From: Cystobasidiomycetes sp. EMM_F5
Lineage: Eukaryota
Assembly: GCA_051047955.1 (NCBI GenBank)
Contig: JBPGPT010000031.1
Coordinates: 62,001 to 126,000, forward strand
DNA: 64,000 bases
Reading direction: 5' to 3'
In this document: positions 26,072-38,675 of the stretch, piece by piece
How positions within the stretch are numbered: position 1 is the stretch's first letter
Layout: the number at the start of each line of letters is the position of its first letter
The notes under the pieces: model-generated
What the model was told of the DNA's origin: nothing
The model's input: only the letters and a program-made list of their open reading frames with translations
The model's database searches: none
Program-made: the position numbers and the translations under genes

Positions 26072-26191
26072 GATTGCGGGGTTTCCCAAGAATGCGCGGG
26101 GCTGTCGTTGTTGTCAACGCGTAAAGAGGTTTACCTCTCGATAAACACATGGCACCTCACACTGCCCACAGCTAGACCTGCGTCGCCGTCC

Positions 26192-27522
26192 ATGCTACTG
26201 CGTCGTATCGCTTCCTCGACCAGCTTATGCTCGTTTCTGAAGCCTGTGACCATTTCCTTCCGGACAATGTCGTCGAGCAATAATAATATCATCAGCTCTG
26301 GCAGCTCGAAGCCGTCGTCGCTGCTCATAACTCCCGCAGCCCTGTCCACCATCCTCCACGACGAGCAGCGAGCGTCCAAGCTGCGTATCCTTGATGCAAC
26401 GTGGTTTATGCCAAACGTTGACCGAGATCCTGCAGTCGAGTTCAGGAATGGGCCCCGCATCCGAGGAGCTGCAGCGTTCTGGGCTGTAGACGACGTAGCG
26501 GACAAGTCGCACAAGCTCGGATTGAAACATATGATGCCGACGGCGGAGCGGTTTGCTGAAGAATGCTGTGATTTGATGTGTGAAATAACGTCCCAATAGC
26601 AATGGACTGACTTCTGTCGATACAGCCGCTCTGGGCATCGATAATGACTCTGAAGTGGTCGTTTACGATACACACGGTGTCTTCAGCTCGCCCCGGACAG
26701 TATTTACCTTCAAGGTCCGTTCACAATGTCCGAAGGCCTACGTGAGACTAATGTTTGTGTTCACAAGGCCTTTGGCCATACTTCAGCTCGGGTACTGGAC
26801 GGCGGCCTGCCAAGATGGATAGCGGAAGGCCATCCTGTTGATGACGGACCATACAAACCTTCTCATAAGGTACATCAAAACATCTGCGCGTCTAGGTTAG
26901 TCTCGACTGACATCGCTACGCAGGCCTCTTCGTATGCGACTCCAACCCTTGATACATCCACTATCCGTTCATACGAGCAAGTATCCGCAAATGCGGCGTT
27001 GTCGCCGGATGCGCCAGAAGCAGCCATCGTGCTGGACGCCCGCTCGAGAGACAGGTAAGTTCTTTATATCCCGGCGCACACTAGGTCTCACCCGCCGTGT
27101 GTGATCAGGTGGACTGGGAGCGCACCCGAACCAAGACCTGGTCTTTCCTCCGGTCATATGCCAAACAGCATTTCCATGCCATTCACAGACTTGTTAAGCG
27201 CGTCATCTACCACCACACCATCATACAAGACCTTATTACCGCGCGAAGAATTACAAAAGAAACTCCTGGCAGCGCTGGGCGGCAGTGAGGAGTTGTTGCA
27301 GCAAGTTCTTGCTGGCAAAAAGCAAATCGTCAACTCCTGCGGGTCAGGAATGACTGCTGCGGTCCTTTGGCTTGCGTTACAGGAAATAGGCCTTGCTAGT
27401 GCAATTTATGATGAGGTGAATTCACATTCTTAGATTAGAGAATGCAATTACTGATGATTATACACTAGTCTTGGACTGGATATGCAATGCGCAAAGAAAG
27501 CAAAATAGTAAAGTCGGCCTAG
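26192..27522 (+). CDS. TUM1: 3-mercaptopyruvate sulfurtransferase / rhodanese (Tum1/MPST), multi-exon
   Basis: ILDATWFMP, HMMPT, VLDGGLPRW, PEPRPGLSSGHMP, active-site loop CGSGMTA, spliced YDESWTGY. Confidence 0.95.
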
Positions 27523-27604
27523 TTGACCGCATATTTACTCTGCATTACATGATAGCTTGGCGTACGCCTCTGCCTCAACACTTCGGATAGCCTGTAGAAC
27601 TACC

Positions 27605-28027
27605 TCACCAGGTTCTCGCTTGCGATTTGGGCGGCATCGCCAGCAGTGTTCCTGAAGTTGTGGATCGAGAAAAGTTGAAGGTTGCAGGTCGCTTCAGCGC
27701 TTTGGCGCGTTGCTGATCGGACAGAAGTGGTTCCCTACTTGCTGCCAGAGCGCTTTGTTGCACGGCCGACTCTATCGAAGCGTATATCGTGCAGCATGTC
27801 TTAATGATGTCGGCACTCGCAGCGTTACACCATAGATACTTGGCCACAGCTTCTGGATTCCGCCGTGAAATCTTGTCCATCTCGCCTTTAGCCTTGTTAG
27901 CTGCCTTTTCCAGTTGCTTCGAACCTTCCGATACAGATCGTACCTCAGCGGGAGTTTTCAGCTGGTGCCAGTAGCTAAGGATGGCAGAAATCTCGTCTGC
28001 ACGCGCCTGTTGCTGGACCCAAGACAT
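27605..28027 (-). CDS. Hypothetical protein (probable exon of a gene extending upstream to ~28500)
   Basis: 140-aa helical-looking ORF in an intergenic gap; no family recognised. Confidence 0.35.
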   Translation of the reverse strand: MSWVQQQARADEISAILSYWHQLKTPAEVRSVSEGSKQLEKAANKAKGEMDKISRRNPEAVAKYLWCNAASADIIKTCCTIYASIESAVQQSALAASREPLLSDQQRAKALKRPATFNFSRSTTSGTLLAMPPKSQARTW

Positions 28028-28625
28028 GATGAGCTAAGCAGCATGGCGATGCCCCGTTCAGCTGATCCGTCGATTACAGCGACTGGTCACAAAAAATAAC
28101 GTACGGCAGTTCCAACGGGACCGCGAAAACCGCGAAGCACTGGATACTTTGCAACACCGACTACTGGTCCCGCAGGCGAGTGCATGAACTGGAGTCTGTG
28201 GCCCGTGAGTAAGCGTAACGCTGTACGGAAGGGCATTTTGATCGTCAGCGAAGCGGAGACGGAGACGGGTGTCAGGATTCAGATATGCCGCGCTTGAACG
28301 CTTTCAGTATATGAAGGACACTCTGGAAGGCTTTTGAACTATCAGGGTGCAAATTGGTGGCCGTGCTTTTCGCTGTGCATGCTGTACATTTGACCTCTAC
28401 GCGGCATCGCCTAATCGGCATCTGTCCGCTCTCGAAGGTCTTCAGCGCTTCGTGGGCATGGCATCTATGCCGCATATCGCGAATGGGAATGTATGGCGGA
28501 TATCTCCTCCTCAATAGATTCCACAGATTTGTCAGTTTTCGTTAGTTTTTCGTCAGTTCATGTTGCAACATTTTCGTTTGCTCTGCTCTGCCCTATCCCA
28601 CATCACATCAGCCCTGACTGACACC

Positions 28626-29748
28626 ATGGTTTCGTTTGTCTGCGAGAGTGAGCCTGCCATTCTGGATAATGTTGGCATTAGAACTGACGCCCAAGCTGAT
28701 CCATTCCAGGCTGCAACGACGTCGTCAAGAAACCGAAATCCGTCGTCCATTACCAGCGATGCGGCGCTCCACTGACGTGCATAGACTGCAACAAGGTCAG
28801 GATACGGATAACAGCAGATACGCTGAACAGGTTACTGAACTGGCGAGACTGACTTGAGCAGACCATGCGAGTTGGAGAATTCCAAAAACATACAACGTGT
28901 ATATCTGAAGCACAAAAGTACGAAAAGACCGTCTGGAAGGGCGATAAACCTACGAAAGCGCAGAAGAAGGCTGCGAGACAAGCAGGGAGTGGAGATGCTG
29001 GCACGTCGAGCAAAAATGGAGAGCAGGCAAAATCTGCAGCTGCCTCGTCGTCCGATGACAAGACGGTAGCGCCTGCAACGGGTAAGCTCATACTCCTCAT
29101 CATAACACAATTGCCCCGGCCTCTAATTATCTTGTTACCGCAGAAAACCCTGTGGCAAGCGTACCATTCATTTCGCATACAGTCGAAGTGGAGCCGCAGC
29201 CTGAAGAGGTGGAGGGGCGGACAGCGCAGCCCGAGCAGCCGACTAAGGACAGAAAGAGAAAGAAGCGAAAGCATGCCGATACTGCTGAAGCATCCACATT
29301 AGACGAGAAGACGGGTGGAGCGGCCCCGGCGAACGCGACCAACGGAGCAGACGTTGCAGAAACGAATGATGCCAGCGCTTCGGATAATGTCGACAGCAGC
29401 AAGACCGCTGATGCCACAGAGTCAGACAAGCAGTCGCGAAGGAAGAGGTCAAGACAGACTAGGCGGGCGAACGGTGCCCCAAAAGACGAAACTACGGAAG
29501 GGCAAGGTAAAGCAGACGAATCGATGGCCGACGCGTCAGCCGTACAATCCAACGGTGCGGATCACAGCACTTCAGAGAATGTAACGACCTCGATCAATAA
29601 AGTTCTGGCTGACCAACTCAAGGCAAAGTCAGCAAGTATCTCTATCCAGGACCTCCTGCAGCAAGCCAACCAGAACATTGAGGCTCTGAAGCACCTTGTG
29701 GTGAAACAGCATAAAGGGAAATATGTCTTGTCGGTGTCCTCTGCGTAA
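28626..29748 (+). CDS. LYAR-type C2HC zinc finger nucleolar protein (UPF0743/YCR087C-A-like), multi-exon
   Basis: Spliced MVSFVCE/CNDVVKKPKSVVHYQRCGAPLTCIDCNK...HTTCISEAQKYEK, followed by a K-rich tail. Confidence 0.9.
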
Positions 29749-30052
29749 AGTACCAGAGATGCGTAATCGTGGGGCAACTTTTCATCACCGCATCTCGTAT
29801 TCTGCATCAGTGCATGTGATTTGTCGTTCGGCTTCCCGCATCTGGACACACAAAGCAGTCTACGCATCGCAATTGAAGAAGAGAAATGTCAGCCTCTTTC
29901 AGAGTGTGTGGTCAGCGCAGAGGTAGCATTGGTGTTGTTTGCCGAACTCGTCACAACAGAGCTTCGGCTGCTAATCAAGTGACAACAGGCGCTTTACATA
30001 CGCACATTGCGTGCTAGATTTAGGTACACAGTCCAGCAGTCTGACGGCTTCT

Positions 30053-31366
30053 TTACGAGCCCGGCAGGCGAGACAGGTCTGCTACCAGGGAACCAGGTCC
30101 TCGCTCAGAAAACCACTTTGCGCTGAGAAGGTCATCTTTTCTGGCAAGTACCATGCTGCGGCAAATAACATCTTAGTCGAATCATAAAGATGGCCGATGA
30201 TTCAAACTCACCGATAGGCGGTTCTAACTGTAGTATCGCTGATGCTCGCGACTGCAGCAATCTCCTTGACGCTCTTGCCCACACCGAATGCGTGACTTGT
30301 AAAGTACAAGCAGGCGCTCGCGATTGAGATTGGACTCCTGCCTGCAAGATCGCCGTGCTCATCCATTTTTCGAACCACCTCGCCTGCTGCAGATTGTATA
30401 GCAGGAGGCAGTCCGAGCTGACTGCAAAATCGCATAACGATTGCTGCTGCCGACGACTCGATCACATTGGCCGATGCTACGCCAAACGTTTGCGATATTT
30501 TCGAAAAGCAGTGAGCGACTTCTGTCTTGGGCACGCCAGACAGCGCGACAATCTCCTTGAATGACCGCTCCACTCGTTGTTCACGACATCCGACGAATAT
30601 GCACGCGGCAATGATGGCCTTTAGGTTTCTGACTTTGGAGAATATCTTTTCCTCTGCTTGCCGTTTGAAGAGAGCTTTGGCACTGTCGGCTACCGTCTTT
30701 GGTAGTGCAATGTGGTCGCACAAATCTTGTATATCGTGAAAAGCATCTACCAGAGTCTTTTCGCCAGTCTTTGTAGCTACAGTGGCAGCTGCTCTCTGTA
30801 GACTGCGTGCTGTGCCGGTGTTGTTGTCCTTGAACGAGATGACTGAGGATAGCTGCGACGAGCCGTCCAAGAGAGGGTCGCCGGGTCCACCGACACGGGA
30901 TGGGTCGTCTCCTTCAGAATCTGCAAACGTACGCCCTGTAAGATAAAACGGATCAGTATCGAAAGCTGCGCAATAAAGCCTGAAAGAAGGCACATTCGCT
31001 CCTTGTATCGACGATGCGGCCGCCCAGAACGAGTCCGCACTGTCCGCAGGTGTAGTCTCCGCTCGAGTAGTCTTCGATGAGCGTCCCGTCCTCCCTGCAG
31101 TCGGGACATCGTAAGTGAACATTGCTGTTTTGGCGTCCATCCATTCCATTCCAGACCCGACCAGACGAAGCGCCGGCAACACACGAGCACACGGACATCA
31201 GAAAAGCACAACGAGTCAGAGCGGATTGTCCCCATCGCGGCTCATGGCTTTCACTGCATGTTTCTCATATCCTGGCTGGGGCAGTCACCGCGTACAGATC
31301 TGGTCTGAAGGCGTCCGAAGCTGCCGACGTCGACGCTGACGGGTTGCGGGTCGGGTAGGCTTGCAT
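30053..31366 (-). CDS. SUA7: General transcription factor TFIIB, multi-exon
   Basis: Spliced FRPDLNVHLRCPDC...DYTCGQCGLVLGGRIVDTRSEW/RTFA...DPSRVG; cyclin repeats; GRSPISIASAC. Confidence 0.97.
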
Positions 31367-31687
31367 GGCTGGCTGGGTTGAAGTCTTGAATGAGTGTGGG
31401 GTGCTCTTTGTTTCGTGGGTTCAATGTCGGTATTGTCGTCCAGATGGTAGGAAGCCAAAGGGTGAATCAGCAAAACGGCAATGCAAGTATTCAAAAGTGG
31501 TCAAACATCGAAGCACATATTGGCAAGTATTCGGTAATCACACAGTCAATGACGATACCCAGTTCAATAACATTGCCAGTTGCAACAACAGCGAAACACA
31601 GCGGATCAGTACAGAGAAACTGCGAAAAAAGATGCAACAGACCCGACTACCTTGGCACGCTTGCAGAGATGCGCAGATTACATGAAG

Positions 31688-32591
31688 CTACTGCTCTCCT
31701 GTAGCTTCGCCAAGCTTGTAGCGCTTCTTTTCTGGAGCAGCAGTCATACCCTTGCCAGATCCGACGACACCGACTGTGCAGATGAGGGAGTCAGCGAGTG
31801 ACGACTGGAGACAAACCACAAAACCCACCTCTCCCGTGAGGATTGTCTGGCGTCTTGAACATCGAATCTCCCCCTACGCCCTGATAGCCCTTTTTGACTG
31901 CTTTTTTGGCAAAGTTTTGCCATGAACTCTGCTTTGCGACCTGTTCTGCCACCCTCTGCTTTCGCTCATCCTCCTTGACTGCCTTCTTTTCAATCTTCTT
32001 GGCCTTCTTTGCGTCTTTGTCAGTCGATGTCGTACTGCTACTACCAGTACTCTCCTCCATGTTTGCATATGCCCGCTTCCTATTTTCAGATAGCGCCTTT
32101 ACATCACCGCTTCTGACGACCTCTGTCGACTTGTCTACGGTAAAGATGACTGTATAGACTGGATCTGCGGCTGACCCGCTGATGGAAGCTATCCTGGCGG
32201 GGTACATCTTGCCATCGACGTGCCATTTCGCTAGCACGTCCGTCCCCGCGGTGAATGAGGTGGGTTGATGTGAGTGAGAGGATGAAGCTGTGGGTCCGTA
32301 GTGATTGGATGTCGAGGGCCGCGATGGTCCAGCCTGAGCATTACTCGTTGATGATGTTGAAGCGGTATTTGACTGCTTGGATGGCCCGGCCTGCTGGTAC
32401 TCTTTCGTCAGAGCGACGAGGTTCTCCATCTCTGATTTGAGCTCGAGGAGGTCAGCATTTGACGGGTCTGCCCGGAGTGATTCATTGATGGTCTTTAGCT
32501 GATATTCGAGCGATTCGAGGCTGTCTGCGTCGGCCTGCGAGCGCACTTTGTTAGCGTAATGCGAGTCTCCGGATCCAATGCTGCTGACCAT
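31688..32591 (-). CDS. SPF30: Splicing factor SPF30/SMNDC1 (Tudor domain), two exons
   Basis: N-terminal coiled coil, Tudor LAKWHVDGKMYPARI, WQNFAKK, SMFKTPDNPHGR/VGVVGSGKGMT. Confidence 0.9.
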
Positions 32592-32710
32592 GTTGCCGTA
32601 TCGTTTGATTTGTGTTTTCGTTGCAGTTGACGTCTGCTAGAGGATGTCTTTTTCGAAGGAGCCAAAAGGAGGATAGCTTTCAAACAACCGGAAAGCTGAA
32701 AGATGTTATA

Positions 32711-32742
32711 GCTTTTAAATGCTTTTAAATGCATTTAAATGC
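32711..32742. repeat. 10-bp tandem repeat (GCWTTTAAAT)x3 in the SPF30 / SAM-protein divergent promoter
   Basis: gcttttaaat gcttttaaat gcatttaaat gc; the third unit forms the palindrome gcatttaaatgc. Confidence 0.85.
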
Positions 32743-32913
32743 TACACAGACAAGGCCAACAAAGCAGACTTGTGCTCAGAGCCCAGCCTTCGAAATCAGA
32801 TCAACGGATGATAATCCTGCAAAGCGGTGTTCATGCAAACGGCCTGGACGACGACTGACTCGCTGAGGATTCCCATTTGAAGTCTACGCTGACTGGCTGA
32901 CTCGCTGGCCGTC

Positions 32914-35502
32914 ATGGCTGATGCTGCGTCGGATTCTGATAATCACTCGTTGATGCCGGAGGTCGCACAGGCCGGAGCGGTGTCCGGGGCAGTTGAAGAG
33001 GATGCAGCAACGACAAACGATGGAGATATTCAAGAACCCGCAGTCACTTCAATCACGGCGCCGTGCCATCTGCAGCTCACTCGCTCGACATCGCACAAGG
33101 TCGTCCAGGCTCCAAACTATGTCCGGTCACAGCCTATCGGTCTACCCAGGTCTGGCATGACGAGGAGCAAGACTACAGTCGCATTTCCTACACTTGTATC
33201 TCCCGACGACGCTCGCAACCGAGACAAACCCCTTCCTGGAACCCCTGTCAACAGGCCACTACGTAAACAGCACAGACGGGCAGACTCATTGCCGACAGTC
33301 GCAGCGCTCTCATCTGTGGGAGACGATAGCAGATCCAGTACACGCATAACTATCTCGCACCCGGATGCTGGCACGACGGCCACGTATCGTCACTCAATCC
33401 TATACAATCGCAACGACTGCCAGAACACAGCCGCAGACATCGGACATCTGCCTTCGGATCCCAAGACCTGGCGACCTTCGGAGCTTGCTGTCTATGTGAG
33501 TCTGATGGAGCTGTTTAGCAGTATCACTCGTGGGCCCGTGCGAGAACGTGTACTGATCGACTTACAGCTCGCACACGTCCTCAAATTGACTCCCAAGCCA
33601 ATCATTAACGATGTCGTACGATTCATCAATGCCAAACATCTGAGCGGCAAACGCTTTTTGCGAATGGAGGACGTCGATCTTGTAGACATGGGGATCAATA
33701 TATCCTGTAAGCTGCATGTAGAGCAACGAGAACCATGACCTGAACAGACCCTCCATCTCAACAGGGTGTAGAATCTTCTCGACGGCCCGCGAAAGATTGC
33801 GAATAGAATGTTTGCGCGCCCAGATCTTGGGTACAGAAGGCGACATACAAGCAGAATCTACGTCTTCCAAGATTGATTTCTCGTCATATCTGCTTGCACC
33901 TCCCAAAGGTCATGATCAGGACTCTAACGACGCGTCGAAGAAGAACTCTTGGCGCCGCACCAAGGGCAAGTCGTCCAAGGGCAGAGTCAAAGGCATCGCT
34001 CGAGTCTTCGATAGTGCCAACGACCTCGCGACTATCGCTTCGGCAGAGCGTAACACAGAGGCGGAGAAGCGCCAGCAGGAGCTCAGTGAGATCCGTAAGA
34101 TCAGAGCAGGACATAGCAGGACCAACAGCGATGCTTCCAGCACGAACGAGGGAGACTACCTCTCCTCGTCCGATGATCAGCCAAGTGGTACTGAACGAGC
34201 GACTGTAGTGCATACAAACGATCAACTTGAGACAGACAAAGGTGACACTAGCGACGTGACCGATTTCTCGGACGGAGAAGATGAGCCTGCTGCCGAGACA
34301 GTAGCTCATGACGATCTCGAAGAATCAAAGACGGTAGATTGGAGCAACATCGAACCCATCACTCTTTCAGCTATCGAAGCCGAAGCGCTCCAGCTGGATG
34401 CTTTACATCAGGTCCTTGATGACGAAGTCGAGGAGGCTCCTAGCGAGGAGGATGGAGCGCTGGTCGTGGAAACTTGTCATCAGCCAGATCTGGAAGAAGA
34501 CTGCCCTCTCACACCAACGTTCATGTTGACGCCAGCATCGGATATCATTGGCCATGCACTCGAATCTACGGAATATTGCAAAGGAACAGCTCATACCACT
34601 TCCGCCACGGGCAGCGTTATTATCCAAGGAGATTTGCTGGCAGAGGAGTCAGCTCAAGTAGGAGACTCTTCAGCTACAACAGCCGAGGACGCTGCAATTC
34701 AAGCACCCTTCGCATTCTTCGGTGGGGAGGTTGAACATGTTGCAGCAGCGCAACTGACAGGATGGTCTAGTGAAGATGACGAAGATGCAAGCGCGCCTGA
34801 TGTACTGGACTTGCCATTCGCAAGCAACGACGGTAACATCATCACCGTCAAGAGACGGGAGGTACAGTGGCCGGTTTCATCTGACGAAACAGCAGAGTTA
34901 GCGAGCATGCCAAAGCTGCGAAATGCGCGGTCCGTCGAGGATCTTCAGAGTGTGCGCATAAGGAGTGCGGATGCAAAGCCATCGACTCGGACGGCTCGAA
35001 GTCTCCGCAAGCGGGTCAGAGCGAGTGACATCTTCGACACTTCTGTAGAAACGACGGCAGCTACAAGCCAGCTGAAAAAGCAAGGTGGCGAAGGCGAAGG
35101 AGGAGATGCAGACTCGCCCGAAGCTTTGATAAGTGTCAAGAGTCGAGACGGGAGTATGATGGTCGTATCGAGAAGGAAGATGGAACAGGTAAGAGCAGAC
35201 ACTTGCTGCAGGTTCTCTTTATCATACTGAGATCTTGATCCTCGCAATCGCAGCTGCAAGCTCGACTTGCGGAAATGGAGAAGCAGCTGGAGGAGCAGGC
35301 GATCCCTGCAGCGGAAGGGTACGGTATCGCTGATCAAAGACTCTCACGTCCGAGGCATGCTCGAGCGAGAAGCATTAGCTTCGGAGAGGCAGACTCTGTG
35401 AATGATCCCAACTGGCTGAGTCTCGGAGGTTGGGCACTCGCTGCGGGATTAGGGATTGGGATCGTTATCGGGGAAGCAGTCCTGGGGAAGCTGCGTCGCT
35501 GA
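32914..35502 (+). CDS. SAM-like domain protein with acidic middle, coiled coil and C-terminal transmembrane segment, multi-exon
   Basis: PKTWRPSELAVY...LSGKRFLRMEDVDLVDMGIN (SAM-like); C-terminal WLSLGGWALAAGLGIGIVIGEAVLGKLRR*. Confidence 0.7.
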
Positions 35503-35821
35503 GGAGATTGCGTTGAGGAGTGACCCTGTGAATGGGTCATGATCCTGCGAAAGGGCCATGCATGCTCTTGAGTCCTGGTGTAGCATTGACGTTCCGTCTC
35601 CACTGTATCCAGCTACTACTCATAATGCTATTGTCTGCGACTATACAGCTCGGTTCAATTGCGGAGAACATCGGCGGAGAAATTGAAGGACCGCCCGGCA
35701 CAGCGAGTAACCGTGGGGTCCCGGCTTTTCATGATCGACCTGGAAGTCTGGGCATTTCGCACTGTGCTGTTACAGCTTTACCTTCTAACGAGCTGACTAC
35801 TGTCAAATTTCTGCGCAAATC

Positions 35822-38266
35822 ATGACTTCTTCCGGCGTAGCTGACATGGACTTTCGCGACGACAAGCCGTCGGAGCAGAACTTTGAATTGGCCGGAAATG
35901 CCTACAAAGCGCCCGTGGAGCTCACCCACGATGAGGAACGGGCTCTCAAGAAGACTTACGTCAAGCTGGACGCATTCTTCCTCACAATCGTCACCGCTGT
36001 CAGTTGAAATCACAGCTTGCTCGGCTATCTCAAACGATTGCAAATTGAGCCTGTGTTGACTTCTGACCTTCTCTCTGCCTGGACTGTTACTTGTCCCAAC
36101 CATATTCATCTACGTCTGGATAATATAGTTGTACTGGTTAGTCTTGGCTTTCTTTTCTTTTTTGTTCCTCTTTTCTTTAAAAATTGGCTGATTTGAAGCT
36201 GGCTGGACGCAAAGGTTGAACTTCCTCGACCGAGGTAGGTATTTCTCATGTCTAGAGCTCTCTGTGGCTTGATTTCGGCTCATTTGCGTGATTTTTCGCG
36301 TTTACAGCGAATATCGGAAACGCTCGTGCTGCGGGGATGCAGACTCAGCTTGGACTGTCGAATTATGAATACTCCATCTGTCTTACGACTACATACATCT
36401 CCTTCTTGTTTGCGGAATGGCCGGCTGTAATGATTGCGAAGAAATTGTTAGCCGGTGTATATTCGGAAAGTCGCAATACGGCACTAACTATCCCGACAGT
36501 GGCTTCAATCAGGTTCTGCCGCTCCTTTGTATTGCGTGGGGTCTGTGCACCACGTAAGTTGAAACAGCGGGATACACGATTTGAGCTAAAAGTTACGGAA
36601 TTTGCAGTTTCCAAGGCTTTGTCACAAGCGTGCGTTGTAATGCCGTACGCGTGCTGTCAGATGTACTGAGGGACCTTATACACACAGTATGGTGGACTGG
36701 TTGCCGCTCGCTTTTTCCTCGGAGCCTGCGAAGGGGCCATTTTACCCGTGAGTGATCCATTAACCATAACATAAGGTCTCAAGCTCGTTCGCGGCAGAGC
36801 TGCGAATCTTTACCACCGGTACAGTCAACAGAAAGCTGATAAGTATTTATAACAGGGATGCGTGACATATCTCAGTGAATTTTATCGACGCCGGGATCTT
36901 GGAAAGCGAATGGTCTTTTTCTTCTCTGCCATAGCCCTGGCTGGTGCCTTTAGCGGATTGCTCGCAGCTGCAATCCTAAATCTTGAGGGCAAAGGTGGAA
37001 AAGCTGGATGGGTGAGCTAATTGCCTGCGAGAATGTGTTTCGCGCTAAATCTTCATTCGTACAGAGATGGATCTTCTTCGTGTAAGTAGCACTGCATTCC
37101 CCAGAGTCACGCTGATAGATGGTCGTATACAGGGAAGGTGCCATGACTGTCGTGCTCGGCGCAATTTTCTTCTTTTGCCTCCCGCGAAATATAGATACCT
37201 GTAAATACTTACGGCATGAAGAGAAGGAATTGCTTCACAAAGCTATGGCGTCTGAGGGTCTAACCAAAGCGTCGGACGTGAGCACTGTTCACTGTAGAAG
37301 GCACTCAATTTTGCTAAACCCATACTCTTTTTCTGGTGGCAAATCCCGCAGGATGTATTCTCGTGGCATGCAGTTCTCAGCGCTCTGAAGTCACCACAGG
37401 CTATCCTGATGACTTTGATATTTTTCCCGGCTGGTACGTGTCAGACTTGTGCGCCGATTATTTTTTTCGGCTGACCACTTTGATGCGCAGGCGCTACTCT
37501 TTTTGCTATTGCTTATTTCACGCCGAGTACGCCTCTTTAATTCATATGACGTGCTCTATCACTTCCTGAGCTGTTTCTGTGCAGCCGTCGTTGCTGGACT
37601 GGGCTATACTGGAATTACTATCCAGGTGAGCCAATTTTCGCCGCTGGAATAATCTGTAAACCAATAACTGATGCAATATCGATAGCTGATGAGCGTCCCT
37701 CCGTATTTTTGTGGTTGAGTTGCTCGTTAAATGGTAGCGGATCTATCTGATTGTCTTTTGCCTTTGCAGCCTTCGTTCTCAGTCTTATCACAAGCTATTT
37801 CTCCGACCGTACGCGCCTCCGCGGACCATTCCTCATGCTGTGGACACTTATTGCCATTGTCGGATACGCTATGTGGTTGGGCACCTCCAATACCAAGGTT
37901 CTTTACGGCGCGATCGTTTTGCAAATCTCTGGTATCTATTCCGTTGCCGGAATCTTCGGCGTCTGGAACTCCAACAATCTGAGCCCCTCATATAAGCGAG
38001 CCACCGGAATCGTCATGGGTTTCGTCACGACAAACCTCGGTGGTATCCTTTCCACTTGGCTGTTTCCGACCACCGATGCTCCGCGCTACATCAAGGGCAC
38101 TTCGATTCTGTTGGGTCTCGCATGCGTGATGGCCATCCTTATTGTTCTCAACTTCCTGTACCTCACCGCAATGAACCGCAAAAAGGCTACAGCACGAGCG
38201 CAAGGACGGGACAACTTCTGCTTTGGGGATGACGACAGACGGCTCGACTTTGAATACATTCGATAA
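35822..38266 (+). CDS. MFS transporter, anion:cation symporter (Dal5/Tna1 allantoate permease) family, many introns
   Basis: Spliced KLDAFFL...LYWLNFLDRANIGNAR; ARFFLGACEG; GWRWIFFVEG; SDRTRLRGP; NNLSPSYKRATG; DAPRYIKG; DFEYIR*. Confidence 0.92.
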
Positions 38267-38675
38267 TCATCCGAATAGGTGGGTGACGGGCATCAAATAA
38301 GGTTGGAGTTACGAGGTCCGGTCCAGATTTTGTTAAGTGCTCCGATACGCAAGGGCTATTCTGCAACATGCATATGGGTACAGCTCGGGTAGCAGTCTGC
38401 TGTTGGTAGTCGGGAGTCTTACGTACTATTGCCAATGATCATCTAATGACTGTGCTTACGACGTTAAAGGATATGCAGGCAGGAGATGAACAGCAGCAAT
38501 AAGCACGATAATGCGACTTGACCCCGCTTTGCCACTCCATTTCGGCACAGCTCCAACATGACGGGCTCACTTGGACTGACATGACTAACACCACTCAGTA
38601 TGTAACAGGAGGATAACATGGTGTCGAATCGACGTGTTTTGGCCCACTGTGAGTACTTTATTCTGAGCAAGCAAC

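Noticed and set aside
31125..31293. Longer TFIIB first intron as a snoRNA host (two CTGA)
   Set aside because: No convincing box C or terminal stem, and no rRNA-complementary guide recognised; needs an Infernal/snoscan search.
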